Positions 1-9,324 of a stretch of 32,000 nt of DNA are shown in pieces. Position 1 is the first letter of the stretch. Every line of letters starts with the position of its first letter. The DNA lies in the NCBI GenBank assembly GCA_041395025.1, contig JAWLBH010000001.1:690001-722000 (forward strand), read 5' to 3'. Both the position numbers and the translations under genes were made by a program. Source of the DNA: Chlamydiales bacterium. Its GTDB lineage: Bacteria > Chlamydiota > Chlamydiia > Chlamydiales > JAAKFR01. Below the pieces are notes generated by a model. It made no database searches and was not told the origin of the DNA. It saw nothing but the letters and a program-made list of their open reading frames with translations.

Positions 1-11
1 AAAAAGGAGAT

Positions 12-869
12 ATGGAGCCTAATCTTTCAATCTTTATCCCTTGCTATAATTATGGAAAATATCTATCCGAATCTATCGATTCCGTTTTAAGTCAGAATTA
101 TTCTCAATACGAAATCCTCTTAATTGATGATGGATCAACTGATGAAACAGCAAAACTCGGTCAGTCTTATTCAGATAAATATCCTCACATTTTTTATATC
201 CGTAATCCTCGTAATCTAGGTCTATTTGAGACCTGTAAAATCGCTCTGAAAAGAGCGAGGGGTGCATATTTTCACTTTTTTAGTGCTGATGATCGTTATC
301 TTCCTGGATTTCTTTCTAAATCGATGGGAATGCTAAAAGAGCATCCTCATTTAAATCTAGTTTGTTCCACTGTGAGTTACTTTGATGATGGCTCACCAGA
401 TATTCGATTTAATCCTCTTATCCCTAACTGCTCAAAAAATACTATTTTTAATCAGGAAGAGTTACTGAGACTAATCCATAAGACCGATTTCTTTGTTCCC
501 GGGACGTCTTGTATTGTCAGAAGAAATTTGATTGATCATTATGGAGGGTTTGACCCCAAATTAGAAAATATTGCTGATTGGTTTCTGTTTCATAAAATTG
601 CCTTTTCTGAAGGGTTAGGCTATCTCCCTGATACACTGATTAGTATGCGTGTCCATGAGACGACGCTGACAAATATGGTGAAAAAAAATAAACATCGTCG
701 TCGTGCGACTTTTCATAGACTCCTTGATCATCTCCTTGGAGATCAAGAACTGAGAAAAAAATTTATCTACGGAGGGTTATTAGATTTTGTCTTTCGAGAT
801 TTAAAATGGAAACTCTATTTATACCCTAAATATCTCCCTTATTGGAAATATATTAGATCTCATCAGTAG
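12..869 (+). CDS. Family-2 glycosyltransferase (GT-A fold)
   Basis: 285-aa ORF. The N-terminal signature 'SIFIPCYNYGKYLSESIDSVLSQNYSQYEILLIDDGSTDET' and the downstream 'FFSADD' acidic motif are typical of GT2 enzymes. AGGAG at 5-9 lies just upstream of the ATG. Confidence 0.85.
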   Translation: MEPNLSIFIPCYNYGKYLSESIDSVLSQNYSQYEILLIDDGSTDETAKLGQSYSDKYPHIFYIRNPRNLGLFETCKIALKRARGAYFHFFSADDRYLPGFLSKSMGMLKEHPHLNLVCSTVSYFDDGSPDIRFNPLIPNCSKNTIFNQEELLRLIHKTDFFVPGTSCIVRRNLIDHYGGFDPKLENIADWFLFHKIAFSEGLGYLPDTLISMRVHETTLTNMVKKNKHRRRATFHRLLDHLLGDQELRKKFIYGGLLDFVFRDLKWKLYLYPKYLPYWKYIRSHQ

Positions 870-991
870 AATTCAGAGGAACAATGTATTCCTCAATAGG
901 GGGAAAACTCAAATCATCTCCAAACTTTTTCGATACCTGCTGTCTATTTAAGCAATAGTCCTCTAATGATCTGCAGAGCTATCTTCGCTAA

Positions 992-2335
992 TCATTTACA
1001 AACTTTAGATGGGCCAATAGATTGATAACCAATACTGTAGTATTCGTAACCTCTTGCTACCATCTCTTGTGGATCATATTGATTCCTTCCATCAAAAAAG
1101 AGGCGTTGTTTTGGGAAAACTTTGTCAAAATCCACAAATCGAAATTGCTTCCAGTCAGTGACTAGAGCAATTGCATCTGCTTCTCTTGCTGCTTCAAACT
1201 CGTCTTTAGACCAAACGATTTGAGGAGAGGTTTTTAACACAGCTTTTGCTTTCGGCATAGCAACAGGATCATAAAGACGCACATGCGCACCTTTTTCAAT
1301 CAATTGACGAATTAATACAAGTGCAGGGGCTTCACGAATATCATCAGTCCCAGGTTTGAAAGAAAGACCCCAAATCGCAATGGTTTTACCAAAAAGATCA
1401 TCGTTAAAGTAACTCATAATTTTTTCCCCGAGCAATGCTTTTTGTCGTCTATTCACTAAATCAATAGCATCAATCAATGGAGTTGGGGAGTGGTATTTCC
1501 GACCTATTGCTCTTATAGCTTGAATATCTTTAGGGAAACAAGATCCTCCATACCCAGCACCAGCATATAGAAAAGCATATCCAATCCGCTGATCAGATCC
1601 AATCCCTTTGCGAATCAGAGAAATATCCGCTCCTACATGCTCACAAAGACTAGCGATTTCATTCATGAAAGAGATCCGAGAAGCAAGCATAGCATTAGCA
1701 GCATATTTGGTCATCTCAGCAGAGCGAGAGTCCATAATAATTAAACGATCATGGCTTACATTAAAGGGAGCATATAGCTCTTCCATTAAACTATTTGCCC
1801 GAGGATGATCACTCCCAATGATAATACGATCAGGTTTCATAAAATCATGAATCGCATCCCCCTCTTTTAAAAATTCAGGATTGGAAAGGGTGTCAAACTG
1901 ATAAGAGACTCCCCGTTTCTGAAGAATTTTTGCAATCATCTCTCTGACAGCGCATGCAGAACCAACAGGCACTGTTGATTTATTAATAATGATTTTATAC
2001 CCATTCATTGCTTCGGCAATTTGTTCAGCTGCCTCTTCTACATGAGTGAGATTAACAGAACCATCTGGACTAGATGGAGTCGAAACAGCAATGAAACAAA
2101 AAAGGGAAGTATGAACACCATAAGTATAGCTAGTAGTAAATTCCAAACGACCAGCTTTTTGATTTCGACAGATCATCTCTTCTAAACCAGGCTCGTAGAT
2201 AGGAATCTTACCCATTTTCAATTGTTCAATTTTCTCTCGATCAATATCTAAACAAATCACATGATTACCCATTTCAGCAAAACATGCTCCGGTCACTAAA
2301 CCCACATAGCCTGTCCCTATAATCAGCACTTTCAT
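992..2335 (-). CDS. ugd: UDP-glucose 6-dehydrogenase
   Basis: 447-aa ORF. N-terminal Rossmann motif 'MKVLIIGTGYVGLVTGACFAEMGNHV', 'IPIYEPGLEE', and catalytic-Cys region 'GGSCFPKD', all characteristic of the UDP-glucose/GDP-mannose dehydrogenase family. Confidence 0.93.
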   Translation of the reverse strand: MKVLIIGTGYVGLVTGACFAEMGNHVICLDIDREKIEQLKMGKIPIYEPGLEEMICRNQKAGRLEFTTSYTYGVHTSLFCFIAVSTPSSPDGSVNLTHVEEAAEQIAEAMNGYKIIINKSTVPVGSACAVREMIAKILQKRGVSYQFDTLSNPEFLKEGDAIHDFMKPDRIIIGSDHPRANSLMEELYAPFNVSHDRLIIMDSRSAEMTKYAANAMLASRISFMNEIASLCEHVGADISLIRKGIGSDQRIGYAFLYAGAGYGGSCFPKDIQAIRAIGRKYHSPTPLIDAIDLVNRRQKALLGEKIMSYFNDDLFGKTIAIWGLSFKPGTDDIREAPALVLIRQLIEKGAHVRLYDPVAMPKAKAVLKTSPQIVWSKDEFEAAREADAIALVTDWKQFRFVDFDKVFPKQRLFFDGRNQYDPQEMVARGYEYYSIGYQSIGPSKVCK

Positions 2336-2550
2336 AGATGTTCCTAATGTTAAAAAAGAATCCCAAGACTCAGAAATAGCGCATAATTTCCCTATAAATT
2401 ATGCAACCTAAAACATATAACTCATTTATTTTCTTAATTTAAAGCATTTTTTATCTACTGTTCAAACTATATATTTGTGATGTGAATAGAAAGGTTGAAA
2501 AAAAACATCGACTATTTTAGAGCCATCTAATTAAATAAGAATTAATTAAA

Positions 2551-3507
2551 ATGAAAATCATTCTCTTAACAGGTATTGCTGGATTTATTGGGTTCCACGT
2601 CGCTCTAGCTCTTAAAAAACGAGGAGATTTTGTTGTTGGAATCGATAATTTTAACACCTATTATTCTGCTAAACTTAAAGAAGCACGAGCTTCAATTCTT
2701 AAAGCCAAGGGGATTGAGATTATTGAAGGTGATATCAATAATCAGAATCTTCTTAGGAAATTATTTGAAACGTACTCTCCAACAGATTTACTCAATCTAG
2801 CTGCTCAGGCAGGTGTTCGGTATTCCTTCAATCATCCAGATGTCTATCTCAAAAGTAATATCAATGGGTTTCTTTCAATATTAGAAGTCCTTCGTTATTA
2901 TCCAAATGTGAAACTGACCTATGCCTCTTCTTCCTCTGTCTATGGTAGAAATCAAAAGACCCCTTTTTCAGTTTTTGATATGACTGATCAACCTGCAAAT
3001 CTCTATGCGGTAACAAAAAAAACCAATGAATTGATGGCTTATGCTTATCATCACCTTTATGGAATTCCTATGACGGGTTTGCGGTTTTTTACTGTATATG
3101 GCCCCTGGGGACGTCCTGACATGGCTTATTATGCTTTCACCAAGGCAATGTTGAATGGAAAACCGATTCATCTGTTTAATGAAGGAAAGATGCAACGCGA
3201 TTTTACCTATATAGATGATATTGTCGATGGCACACTTGCTGCAATTGACTACCAAGGGAAGTGTGAGATATTTAATCTGGGAAGTCACCATCCTATCGAC
3301 CTTTTAACCTTCATTTCTCTTCTTGAAAACGCATTAGGTATTAAAGCTATAAAAATCTTTAAAGGATCTGTAAGAGGAGAAGTAAACACAACGTACGCTG
3401 ATCTCACCTACTCAGAAGAAAAACTTGGTTTTATCCCCAAAATTTCCTTAGAAGAAGGTCTTTCACATTTTATTGCTTGGTATCGAAAAGATGGGGTGGA
3501 TCTATAG
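2551..3507 (+). CDS. NAD-dependent UDP-glucuronate 4-epimerase-like epimerase (extended SDR)
   Basis: 318-aa ORF. It carries 'GIAGFIGFHV' (GxxGxxG), 'YASSSSVYG', 'LYAVTKKTNE' (YxxxK) and 'GLRFFTVYGPWGRPDMAY', which closely match the UDP-glucuronate 4-epimerase subfamily. It is divergent from ugd across a 215-bp AT-rich spacer. Confidence 0.85.
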   Translation: MKIILLTGIAGFIGFHVALALKKRGDFVVGIDNFNTYYSAKLKEARASILKAKGIEIIEGDINNQNLLRKLFETYSPTDLLNLAAQAGVRYSFNHPDVYLKSNINGFLSILEVLRYYPNVKLTYASSSSVYGRNQKTPFSVFDMTDQPANLYAVTKKTNELMAYAYHHLYGIPMTGLRFFTVYGPWGRPDMAYYAFTKAMLNGKPIHLFNEGKMQRDFTYIDDIVDGTLAAIDYQGKCEIFNLGSHHPIDLLTFISLLENALGIKAIKIFKGSVRGEVNTTYADLTYSEEKLGFIPKISLEEGLSHFIAWYRKDGVDL

Positions 3508-3561
3508 AAGGGACATTTGGAGTCATACTATTTTATAAAAATCTTCTGATCAATATCAGAT

Positions 3562-5064
3562 TCATGACCCATACTCCAAAAAGACTTGAGACAGTGCCTG
3601 TGTGATCTCACTTGCCACCATCGAGTAAGAGGTGAATTTTTTAGCTGCATATTCTCCAGCAAGAGCATGAAAGTGAACCCCTAAAATAGCTGCTTTTAGT
3701 GGATCTTCTACTTGAGCAAGAAATCCTGTAATTATCCCAGTTAAAACATCTCCACTGCCTGCCGTTGCCATACCTGGATCCCCTCTAGAAGAGAGATAAG
3801 GGGGATAATGAGGATGGAGAATAAAAGTAGGCGCTCCTTTCAATACAAGCGTGACATGATGAGTATTCACATAGTTTTGACTTTTCTCAAGAAATTGAGA
3901 AAATGGAAGATCTTCTTTAATACCTAAAAGGCGTTTCATCTCACCGTGATGAGGAGTCATAATCGTAGGCGAGCAAATCGGAATATGGTGATGAGCAATC
4001 AAAGTGAGGGCTTCTGCATCAATGACACAAGGTTGTTCAATTTTTGGGATCAAAGATTGCAACAGGTCAACCATCGTTGATGCTGTTCCGATCCCAGGTC
4101 CAATGAAAAGAGCTTTTGCACGAGAACAAGTTTCCAAAATGTTCTTCAAATCTCCTGGTTGATATCCCTGTCGAATGATCTCATAAGGAGCAGAGGCAAA
4201 TTCAGCTTCTATCCCTTTTGGATGTAAAAGTCTTACAATACCTGCTCCCACACGCAATGCAGCAAAACTTGCCATGATAGCCGCTCCAGACATACCTGGA
4301 GATCCTCCTAGCCCCACAACATACCCGGCTTGATATTTATGACGTCTGCGGATCATAGGAGGGAAATAACTTTTGATCATCTCGGGATGAATAAGATAAA
4401 AATCTGCTTTTGCTTGATCAAGATACTTCTCTTTAAGACCAAAATCATAGACATGGATTCTTCCAGTATACTCCCAAGCCTCTCCAATAAAACACCCCTT
4501 TTTAGGTAGCCCCAAAAAAAGGGTTTCTGTAGCATGAATAGCAAGACCACCAACATCTCCAGAATTTCCATCAATCCCTGAAGGGATATCAATTGCAAGG
4601 ATAGGAAGACCAGATCTATTAGCTTTTTCAATCGCTGCTCGATAAAGCCCAGTGACTTGTCCTCGAAAACCCGTACCTAACATTCCATCTAATAAGATAC
4701 CTATTTGACCAAAGACAATTTCCGATTCCTTAACGATATAATCTATCATGCCTCCTGCTTGAATAAACCGACGACTCTGTAGTTGACAAAGAGGGCTACT
4801 CTCTTGAAAAGAAGAAAAGGCAAGGGCATGGACTTGAAATCCTCCTTTGATAAGTAAAGTAGCTGCCACATACGCATCTCCACTATTATTCCCTTTACCA
4901 CATAACAATGTGACCAGTGGTTGGAGATGGTAACGCGCAATGAAGTTTCTAACAAATTGAGCAACTCCTTCTCCAGCTTTGTTCATAAATTGTTCTTCAG
5001 AAGCTCCTTCAGCATAGGCAAGACCTTCAATTCGTCCCATTTCTCTTGCTTGAATCACTTTCAT
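3562..5064 (-). CDS. nnr: Bifunctional NAD(P)H-hydrate repair enzyme (epimerase / ADP-dependent dehydratase)
   Basis: 500-aa ORF. The N-terminal YjeF_N-like half contains 'LCGKGNNSGDAYVAA' and 'DGMLGTGF'. The C-terminal carbohydrate-kinase-like half contains 'HKYQAGYVVGLGGSPGMSGAAIMA' and 'MATAGSGDVLTGII'. Its start lies 4 nt downstream of the mreC stop. Confidence 0.9.
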   Translation of the reverse strand: MKVIQAREMGRIEGLAYAEGASEEQFMNKAGEGVAQFVRNFIARYHLQPLVTLLCGKGNNSGDAYVAATLLIKGGFQVHALAFSSFQESSPLCQLQSRRFIQAGGMIDYIVKESEIVFGQIGILLDGMLGTGFRGQVTGLYRAAIEKANRSGLPILAIDIPSGIDGNSGDVGGLAIHATETLFLGLPKKGCFIGEAWEYTGRIHVYDFGLKEKYLDQAKADFYLIHPEMIKSYFPPMIRRRHKYQAGYVVGLGGSPGMSGAAIMASFAALRVGAGIVRLLHPKGIEAEFASAPYEIIRQGYQPGDLKNILETCSRAKALFIGPGIGTASTMVDLLQSLIPKIEQPCVIDAEALTLIAHHHIPICSPTIMTPHHGEMKRLLGIKEDLPFSQFLEKSQNYVNTHHVTLVLKGAPTFILHPHYPPYLSSRGDPGMATAGSGDVLTGIITGFLAQVEDPLKAAILGVHFHALAGEYAAKKFTSYSMVASEITQALSQVFLEYGS

Positions 5065-5068
5065 AATT

Positions 5069-6103
5069 TTAGCTCAATGTTAACTCATGTTGATCTGCTT
5101 CATCATAACCTACAGGAGGAATCACAAACAGTGTATGCAAACCATCAAGATTCCCTGCAGCAGGAATAGATTCTATCTCATAAGTATAGGCCCCCTCTTT
5201 TAGAGGATGGATTTTTGTCACCTCACCCACAGAGAGTCCTGGAGGGAATACACCATCCATTCCAGTTGTTACAAGCAAATCGTGGAGTTGAATAATCGGA
5301 ACATTTTCTAATGAAGATGGAAGATGGATCAACCTACCTGTTTCAAGATCACGACCTGGCCCAAAAGCATCAGGAAAATCATAATTGAATCCAATGCCTT
5401 TTAAAATTTTATTATTACTACGCCAAAGAGGAGCACCGGATCCTTGCAAAATCCCTTTTGCTAAATACCATCCTTCAGCCCCTTCTGAAAGGGATGACCT
5501 AAAACGGACGAGTATTTGTTGAAGGGAATGTTGATCTTCCTGAGAAATTGGGAGATCTCTACGCATGTTTAGCTGACGTAAAATAGGAGTGATATGTTCT
5601 GCAAGAGCAAGATTTTGTGGATATCCCCGTACAGCACGTACAGAGGGTTTTAAACCCACATCTGTAATCAATCGTACGCGTGATTGTTTTTTCCCCACAT
5701 AATCAATGACTCCGACTAAGGCACGTCCTAAAACCACAGGACTATTTTTTTGAATGATTGGTCCACTTAGCTCTCCTATATTGATCCATAATGAACTCGT
5801 CCAAGTCCCTGGATCACGATAGATCACACGTCCTGCAATTGCCTTTCCTAAAAGAGGGTCATCTGGAATAGATTGTTCGATGATCGCACGCAATTTACCA
5901 ATTTCAATACGTAGTAAGTGATTTTCTAGCTCAAGTTTTTTATGTTGGATATCTTCAGGGCCTCTGTTTGCCATATTCATGGCTGGAGCAAGATAGGCAA
6001 ATATTTTGCCTCTAACTGCTTGGATCAACAAAGGAGGCAAAGTCAATAGGAGGAAAAGGGTGGCTAAAAGAAGAAGGTACTTTTTATAGGGATAGCGCCT
6101 CAT
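5069..6103 (-). CDS. mreC: Rod shape-determining protein MreC
   Basis: 344-aa ORF. It has an N-terminal hydrophobic anchor ('YLLLLATLFLLLTLPPLLI'), a short coiled coil ('LELENHLLRIEIGKLR') and C-terminal beta-barrel motifs ('SRVRLITDVGLKPSV', 'TTGMDGVFPPGLSVGEV'), as in MreC. The ATG overlaps the upstream aminotransferase stop by 4 bp (ATGA). Confidence 0.8.
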   Translation of the reverse strand: MRRYPYKKYLLLLATLFLLLTLPPLLIQAVRGKIFAYLAPAMNMANRGPEDIQHKKLELENHLLRIEIGKLRAIIEQSIPDDPLLGKAIAGRVIYRDPGTWTSSLWINIGELSGPIIQKNSPVVLGRALVGVIDYVGKKQSRVRLITDVGLKPSVRAVRGYPQNLALAEHITPILRQLNMRRDLPISQEDQHSLQQILVRFRSSLSEGAEGWYLAKGILQGSGAPLWRSNNKILKGIGFNYDFPDAFGPGRDLETGRLIHLPSSLENVPIIQLHDLLVTTGMDGVFPPGLSVGEVTKIHPLKEGAYTYEIESIPAAGNLDGLHTLFVIPPVGYDEADQHELTLS

Positions 6104-7287
6104 CGATTGATTGTGACATGATTGAGAGCATCAACAACATAGTCAATGTTTTTCTCGTTTAACCCTGCAACGTTAATCCTGCCATCTTTTGGTAAATAAA
6201 TCCCATATTCACTCATCAATTTTTCGACCTCTTGGACTGTTAAGCTAGTGTAGGCAAACATGCCTAACTGGTGAGCTAAAAAATCAAAGTGATGAGTCTT
6301 TCTTTGCAGCAAATTCACCAACATGTGACGCATTTTAGAGATACGGTCTCGTATCCCTGCCAGCTCTTTTAACCAATCTCTTTTCAAATCCTGATCTTTT
6401 AAAATCAAACTCACAATCTTTGCCCCATGACAGGGAGGATTTGAGTAAAGACCACGAATGACTGATTTAATTTGTGAACCAATTTTTTTCATCTCCTGCT
6501 GATCTTGACACACAAAATACAGTGCACCCGTTCTTTCTCCATACAAACCAAAATTTTTTGAATGAGATACTGCAACTGCAATCTGTATGCCTGATTTGGT
6601 AAAAAGACGAATCACTTCTGCATCTTTCTCAAGAGAAATGCCAAATCCTTGATAAGCAAAATCAAAAAATGGGAAGAGATCGTATTGCTTCATCAAGATT
6701 AAAATTTCCTCCCATTGTGCATAAGAGGGGTCAAAACCTGTAGGGTTATGACAACACCCTTGAAGAAGAACAATACTTTTTTTTGCCATCTGCTTTAAGG
6801 CTCCACAAAACCCTTTAAAGTCAAATTGGTGATGTTGAGCATCATAATAAGCATAAGTCTGAATCTTAAGACCAGAGTCAGAAAAAATTCTTCGATGATT
6901 CATCCAAGTGGGCTCAGAAATATAGATTGAATCATAACCATGGTGATACAAAAAATCACTACAGATGCGCAAGGCTGCTGTCCCTCCAACAGATTGAGCA
7001 CCATAAATCTGATCAAAAGGCACTCCAGAGCCAAAAACTAACACTTTTGTGAGTTCGACATACTCTTGTAATCCGTCAATCGAAAGATAATCCTTCGTTG
7101 TTTCATGATCAAGCAGATAGCTCTCTGCTTTTTTCACAGTATGAAATACAAATGATTCCAATGCATCTGTTTTGTAAACACCGGCACCTAAATTCACCTT
7201 CAGACCCCTTGGATCTGCTGCAAAAGCCTGATTCAAACCAAAAATAGGATCGGGAGGGAGTTCTTTAACTAATTCAAAAAAGGGCAT
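6100..7287 (-). CDS. aspC: Aspartate/aromatic amino acid aminotransferase (class I, AspC/TyrB type)
   Basis: 395-aa ORF. It carries 'DPIFGLNQAFAADPRGLKVNLGAGVY', 'CCHNPTG', 'FDFAYQGF' and the PLP-lysine motif 'SHSKNFGLYGERTGAL'. It appears to be the first gene of an aspC-mreC-nnr operon. Confidence 0.9.
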   Translation of the reverse strand: MPFFELVKELPPDPIFGLNQAFAADPRGLKVNLGAGVYKTDALESFVFHTVKKAESYLLDHETTKDYLSIDGLQEYVELTKVLVFGSGVPFDQIYGAQSVGGTAALRICSDFLYHHGYDSIYISEPTWMNHRRIFSDSGLKIQTYAYYDAQHHQFDFKGFCGALKQMAKKSIVLLQGCCHNPTGFDPSYAQWEEILILMKQYDLFPFFDFAYQGFGISLEKDAEVIRLFTKSGIQIAVAVSHSKNFGLYGERTGALYFVCQDQQEMKKIGSQIKSVIRGLYSNPPCHGAKIVSLILKDQDLKRDWLKELAGIRDRISKMRHMLVNLLQRKTHHFDFLAHQLGMFAYTSLTVQEVEKLMSEYGIYLPKDGRINVAGLNEKNIDYVVDALNHVTINR

Positions 7288-7355
7288 AAAAAAAAAATAC
7301 CATCTCCTATTGTTCTTCTCAAGAAAAGGAATTGGTGATATTTTTTTTCTTTCAA

Positions 7356-7428
7356 GGGGCGTTAGCTCAGTCGGTAGAGCGCAACAATGGCATTGTTGAG
7401 GTCAACGGTTCGATTCCGTTACGCTCCA
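7356..7428 (+). tRNA. tRNA-Ala (anticodon GGC)
   Basis: Hand-folded 73-nt cloverleaf. Acceptor GGGGCGT/ACGCTCC includes a G3:U70 wobble, the alanine identity element. D arm GCTC-AGTCGGTA-GAGC. Anticodon arm CAACA-AT[GGC]AT-TGTTG. T arm AACGG-TTCGATT-CCGTT. Discriminator is A. CCA is not encoded. Confidence 0.93.
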
Positions 7429-7478
7429 AAAAATTTCTTTATCTCTTTCTTCCATTTGTATTTAATCTCCTCTAAATT

Positions 7479-8717
7479 ATGATAGTTACTATGGCGAAAC
7501 GTTTTGGAAATTTCCTAATCCCTGTGGCTATGGTAGTTGGAGTGGTCCTAGGATGGGCAAATATTGCCTTCTTCAATCAAATCGCCACCATTATTTCTGA
7601 TCTATTCTTGCGTCTTTTAAAATTGATTAGCTTGCCTATCATCTTTTTTGCCATCACTTCAACCATCACTGGGACAAAGAGTTTTCAGGAAATGCGCCTT
7701 ATGGGACGTAGGGTTCTAACTTACACGTTAACTACAACTTTGATTGCAGCAACCATTGCTTTATGCTTATATATTTTTGTCGACCCTGCCGCACCTGCAA
7801 GAAATTTAGAAGCCTCCTCTTCTTTAGAAGTTCCGAGACAAGCTTCTTATCTTTCATTTCTTCTTAAAATCATCCCCTCGAATTTTTTTGAAGCTTTTAT
7901 CACAGAAAATGTGATGGGGATTGTATTTATTGCTCTCTTACTCAGTTTTGCTATTCTTGCGCTTCCTGTGGAGAAAAAGACGTTTTTAAATCACCTCTTT
8001 TCTAGTCTCTTTGCTACCATGATCAAGATGGCAGGTTTGATCATCAAATTTATGCCACTTGCAATCTGGTCTTTCATCGTTCTTCTTGTAAAAGAATTAC
8101 GAGAACATTCCCTCTACTTTGATCGGATCATGCTTTATCTAATCTGTGTGATAGGGGCAAATTTGATTCAAGGATGTGTAATTTTACCTCTTTTTCTAAA
8201 AATGAAAAAACAGTCTCCCTGGAAAATTTTTCGAGGGTTCTATCAATCGCTGATCATTGCTTTTTTCTCTAAATCCTCTAACACTACCCTTCCATTCACC
8301 ATCCGCTGTGCTACAGATCTCGGCATCAAGGAAAAAGTTTCAAATTTTACTCTGCCCCTGTGTTCTGTGGTGAATATGAATGGATGTGCTGCTTTTATCC
8401 TGATCACAGTCTTATTTGTCTCCTCCATTCATCAGATCATCTTTTCTCCGTTTGATTTGATTAGCTGGATCTTTATCGCAACATTTGCAGCGATCGGAAA
8501 TGCTGGTGTCCCTATGGGATGTTTTTTTCTCACTAGCGGTTTCTTGATGGGTATGGATCTCCCTCTTTACATGATGGGATTAATTCTACCTTTCTACACA
8601 ATTCTCGACATGATTGAAACAACACTCAATGTCTGGTCAGATGGATGTATTACTGTTGCTGTTAATCAAGATCTTAATCAGATTGCCTCTCCTATGTCAA
8701 GATCACAAGAAGTGTGA
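7479..8717 (+). CDS. Dicarboxylate/amino acid:cation symporter (DAACS / sodium:dicarboxylate symporter family)
   Basis: 412-aa polytopic membrane ORF. It contains the family reentrant-loop motif 'SKSSNTTLP' (SSxxTLP) and 'VVNMNGCA' (NMDG-like). An alternative start at 7491 (MAKRFG...) is possible. Confidence 0.85.
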   Translation: MIVTMAKRFGNFLIPVAMVVGVVLGWANIAFFNQIATIISDLFLRLLKLISLPIIFFAITSTITGTKSFQEMRLMGRRVLTYTLTTTLIAATIALCLYIFVDPAAPARNLEASSSLEVPRQASYLSFLLKIIPSNFFEAFITENVMGIVFIALLLSFAILALPVEKKTFLNHLFSSLFATMIKMAGLIIKFMPLAIWSFIVLLVKELREHSLYFDRIMLYLICVIGANLIQGCVILPLFLKMKKQSPWKIFRGFYQSLIIAFFSKSSNTTLPFTIRCATDLGIKEKVSNFTLPLCSVVNMNGCAAFILITVLFVSSIHQIIFSPFDLISWIFIATFAAIGNAGVPMGCFFLTSGFLMGMDLPLYMMGLILPFYTILDMIETTLNVWSDGCITVAVNQDLNQIASPMSRSQEV

Positions 8718-9324
8718 TAATCTTATTTATGTTGTATATAATCCGAATTTAATTCGATAATTAATTTCTTTCTTTGAGAAAGAAATATTAAAATTGAATT
8801 TTATAAACTTTTTTTATTTAAAAAGGCATTAGAATACATATACGGAAAGGAGAAATATGGAATCAACACAAGCTGGGCAACAAGTAAACACTATTTATCT
8901 TTATGGATTACCACCAAATTCACAAAAAGAAGACAGAGACAAAATTTTTTTTGAAGTGGATAAAATAAATGTAATCAAAAAAATTTCAATATTGATAAAG
9001 CTTGGCAAACTTAATAGTAACCTTTTATTATCTTCTAACCTTAGCGATGCTTCTCATCGAATCGTCCGTATAATAAATCAACATAGACCCTACTTGCTTC
9101 CCTCTTATCCTATTTATCAGTCAGAATTAGAGATCGCTCTAAGAGTACGCGGCCGCTCACCAAAGCAGCGATGCGATGATCGAGTTTATATAGTGGTTTG
9201 TGCCCTTTTAGCTAAAATCTATGGATTATCTGAAGATATCAAAAGAAAAGCCTTTGAAGAATATGCCGAAGAATATGACATGTTTAGTTTATTTGAATCG
9301 CAATTAAATCAAACTAAAGATTCA

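Noticed and set aside
876..894. Inverted repeat gaggaa-caatgta-ttcctc between the convergent GT2 and ugd genes (and a similar tctgat-caat-atcaga near 3550-3565), considered as bidirectional terminators
   Set aside because: The stems are only 6 bp with no flanking U-tracts on either strand. They cannot be distinguished from chance in this composition.
8763..8785. Hairpin atttctttc-tttga-gaaagaaat after the symporter stop, considered as a rho-independent terminator
   Set aside because: The stem is almost entirely A/T (two G:C pairs) and is not followed by a T-run. It is too weak to call, though it may still have some function.
9140..9185. A local GC-rich patch containing a GCGGCCGC site inside AT-rich member A
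   Set aside because: It lies in frame within coding sequence ('RVRGRSPKQRCDD'), has no repeat or structural partner, and is probably just an Arg/Gly/Pro-rich codon patch.
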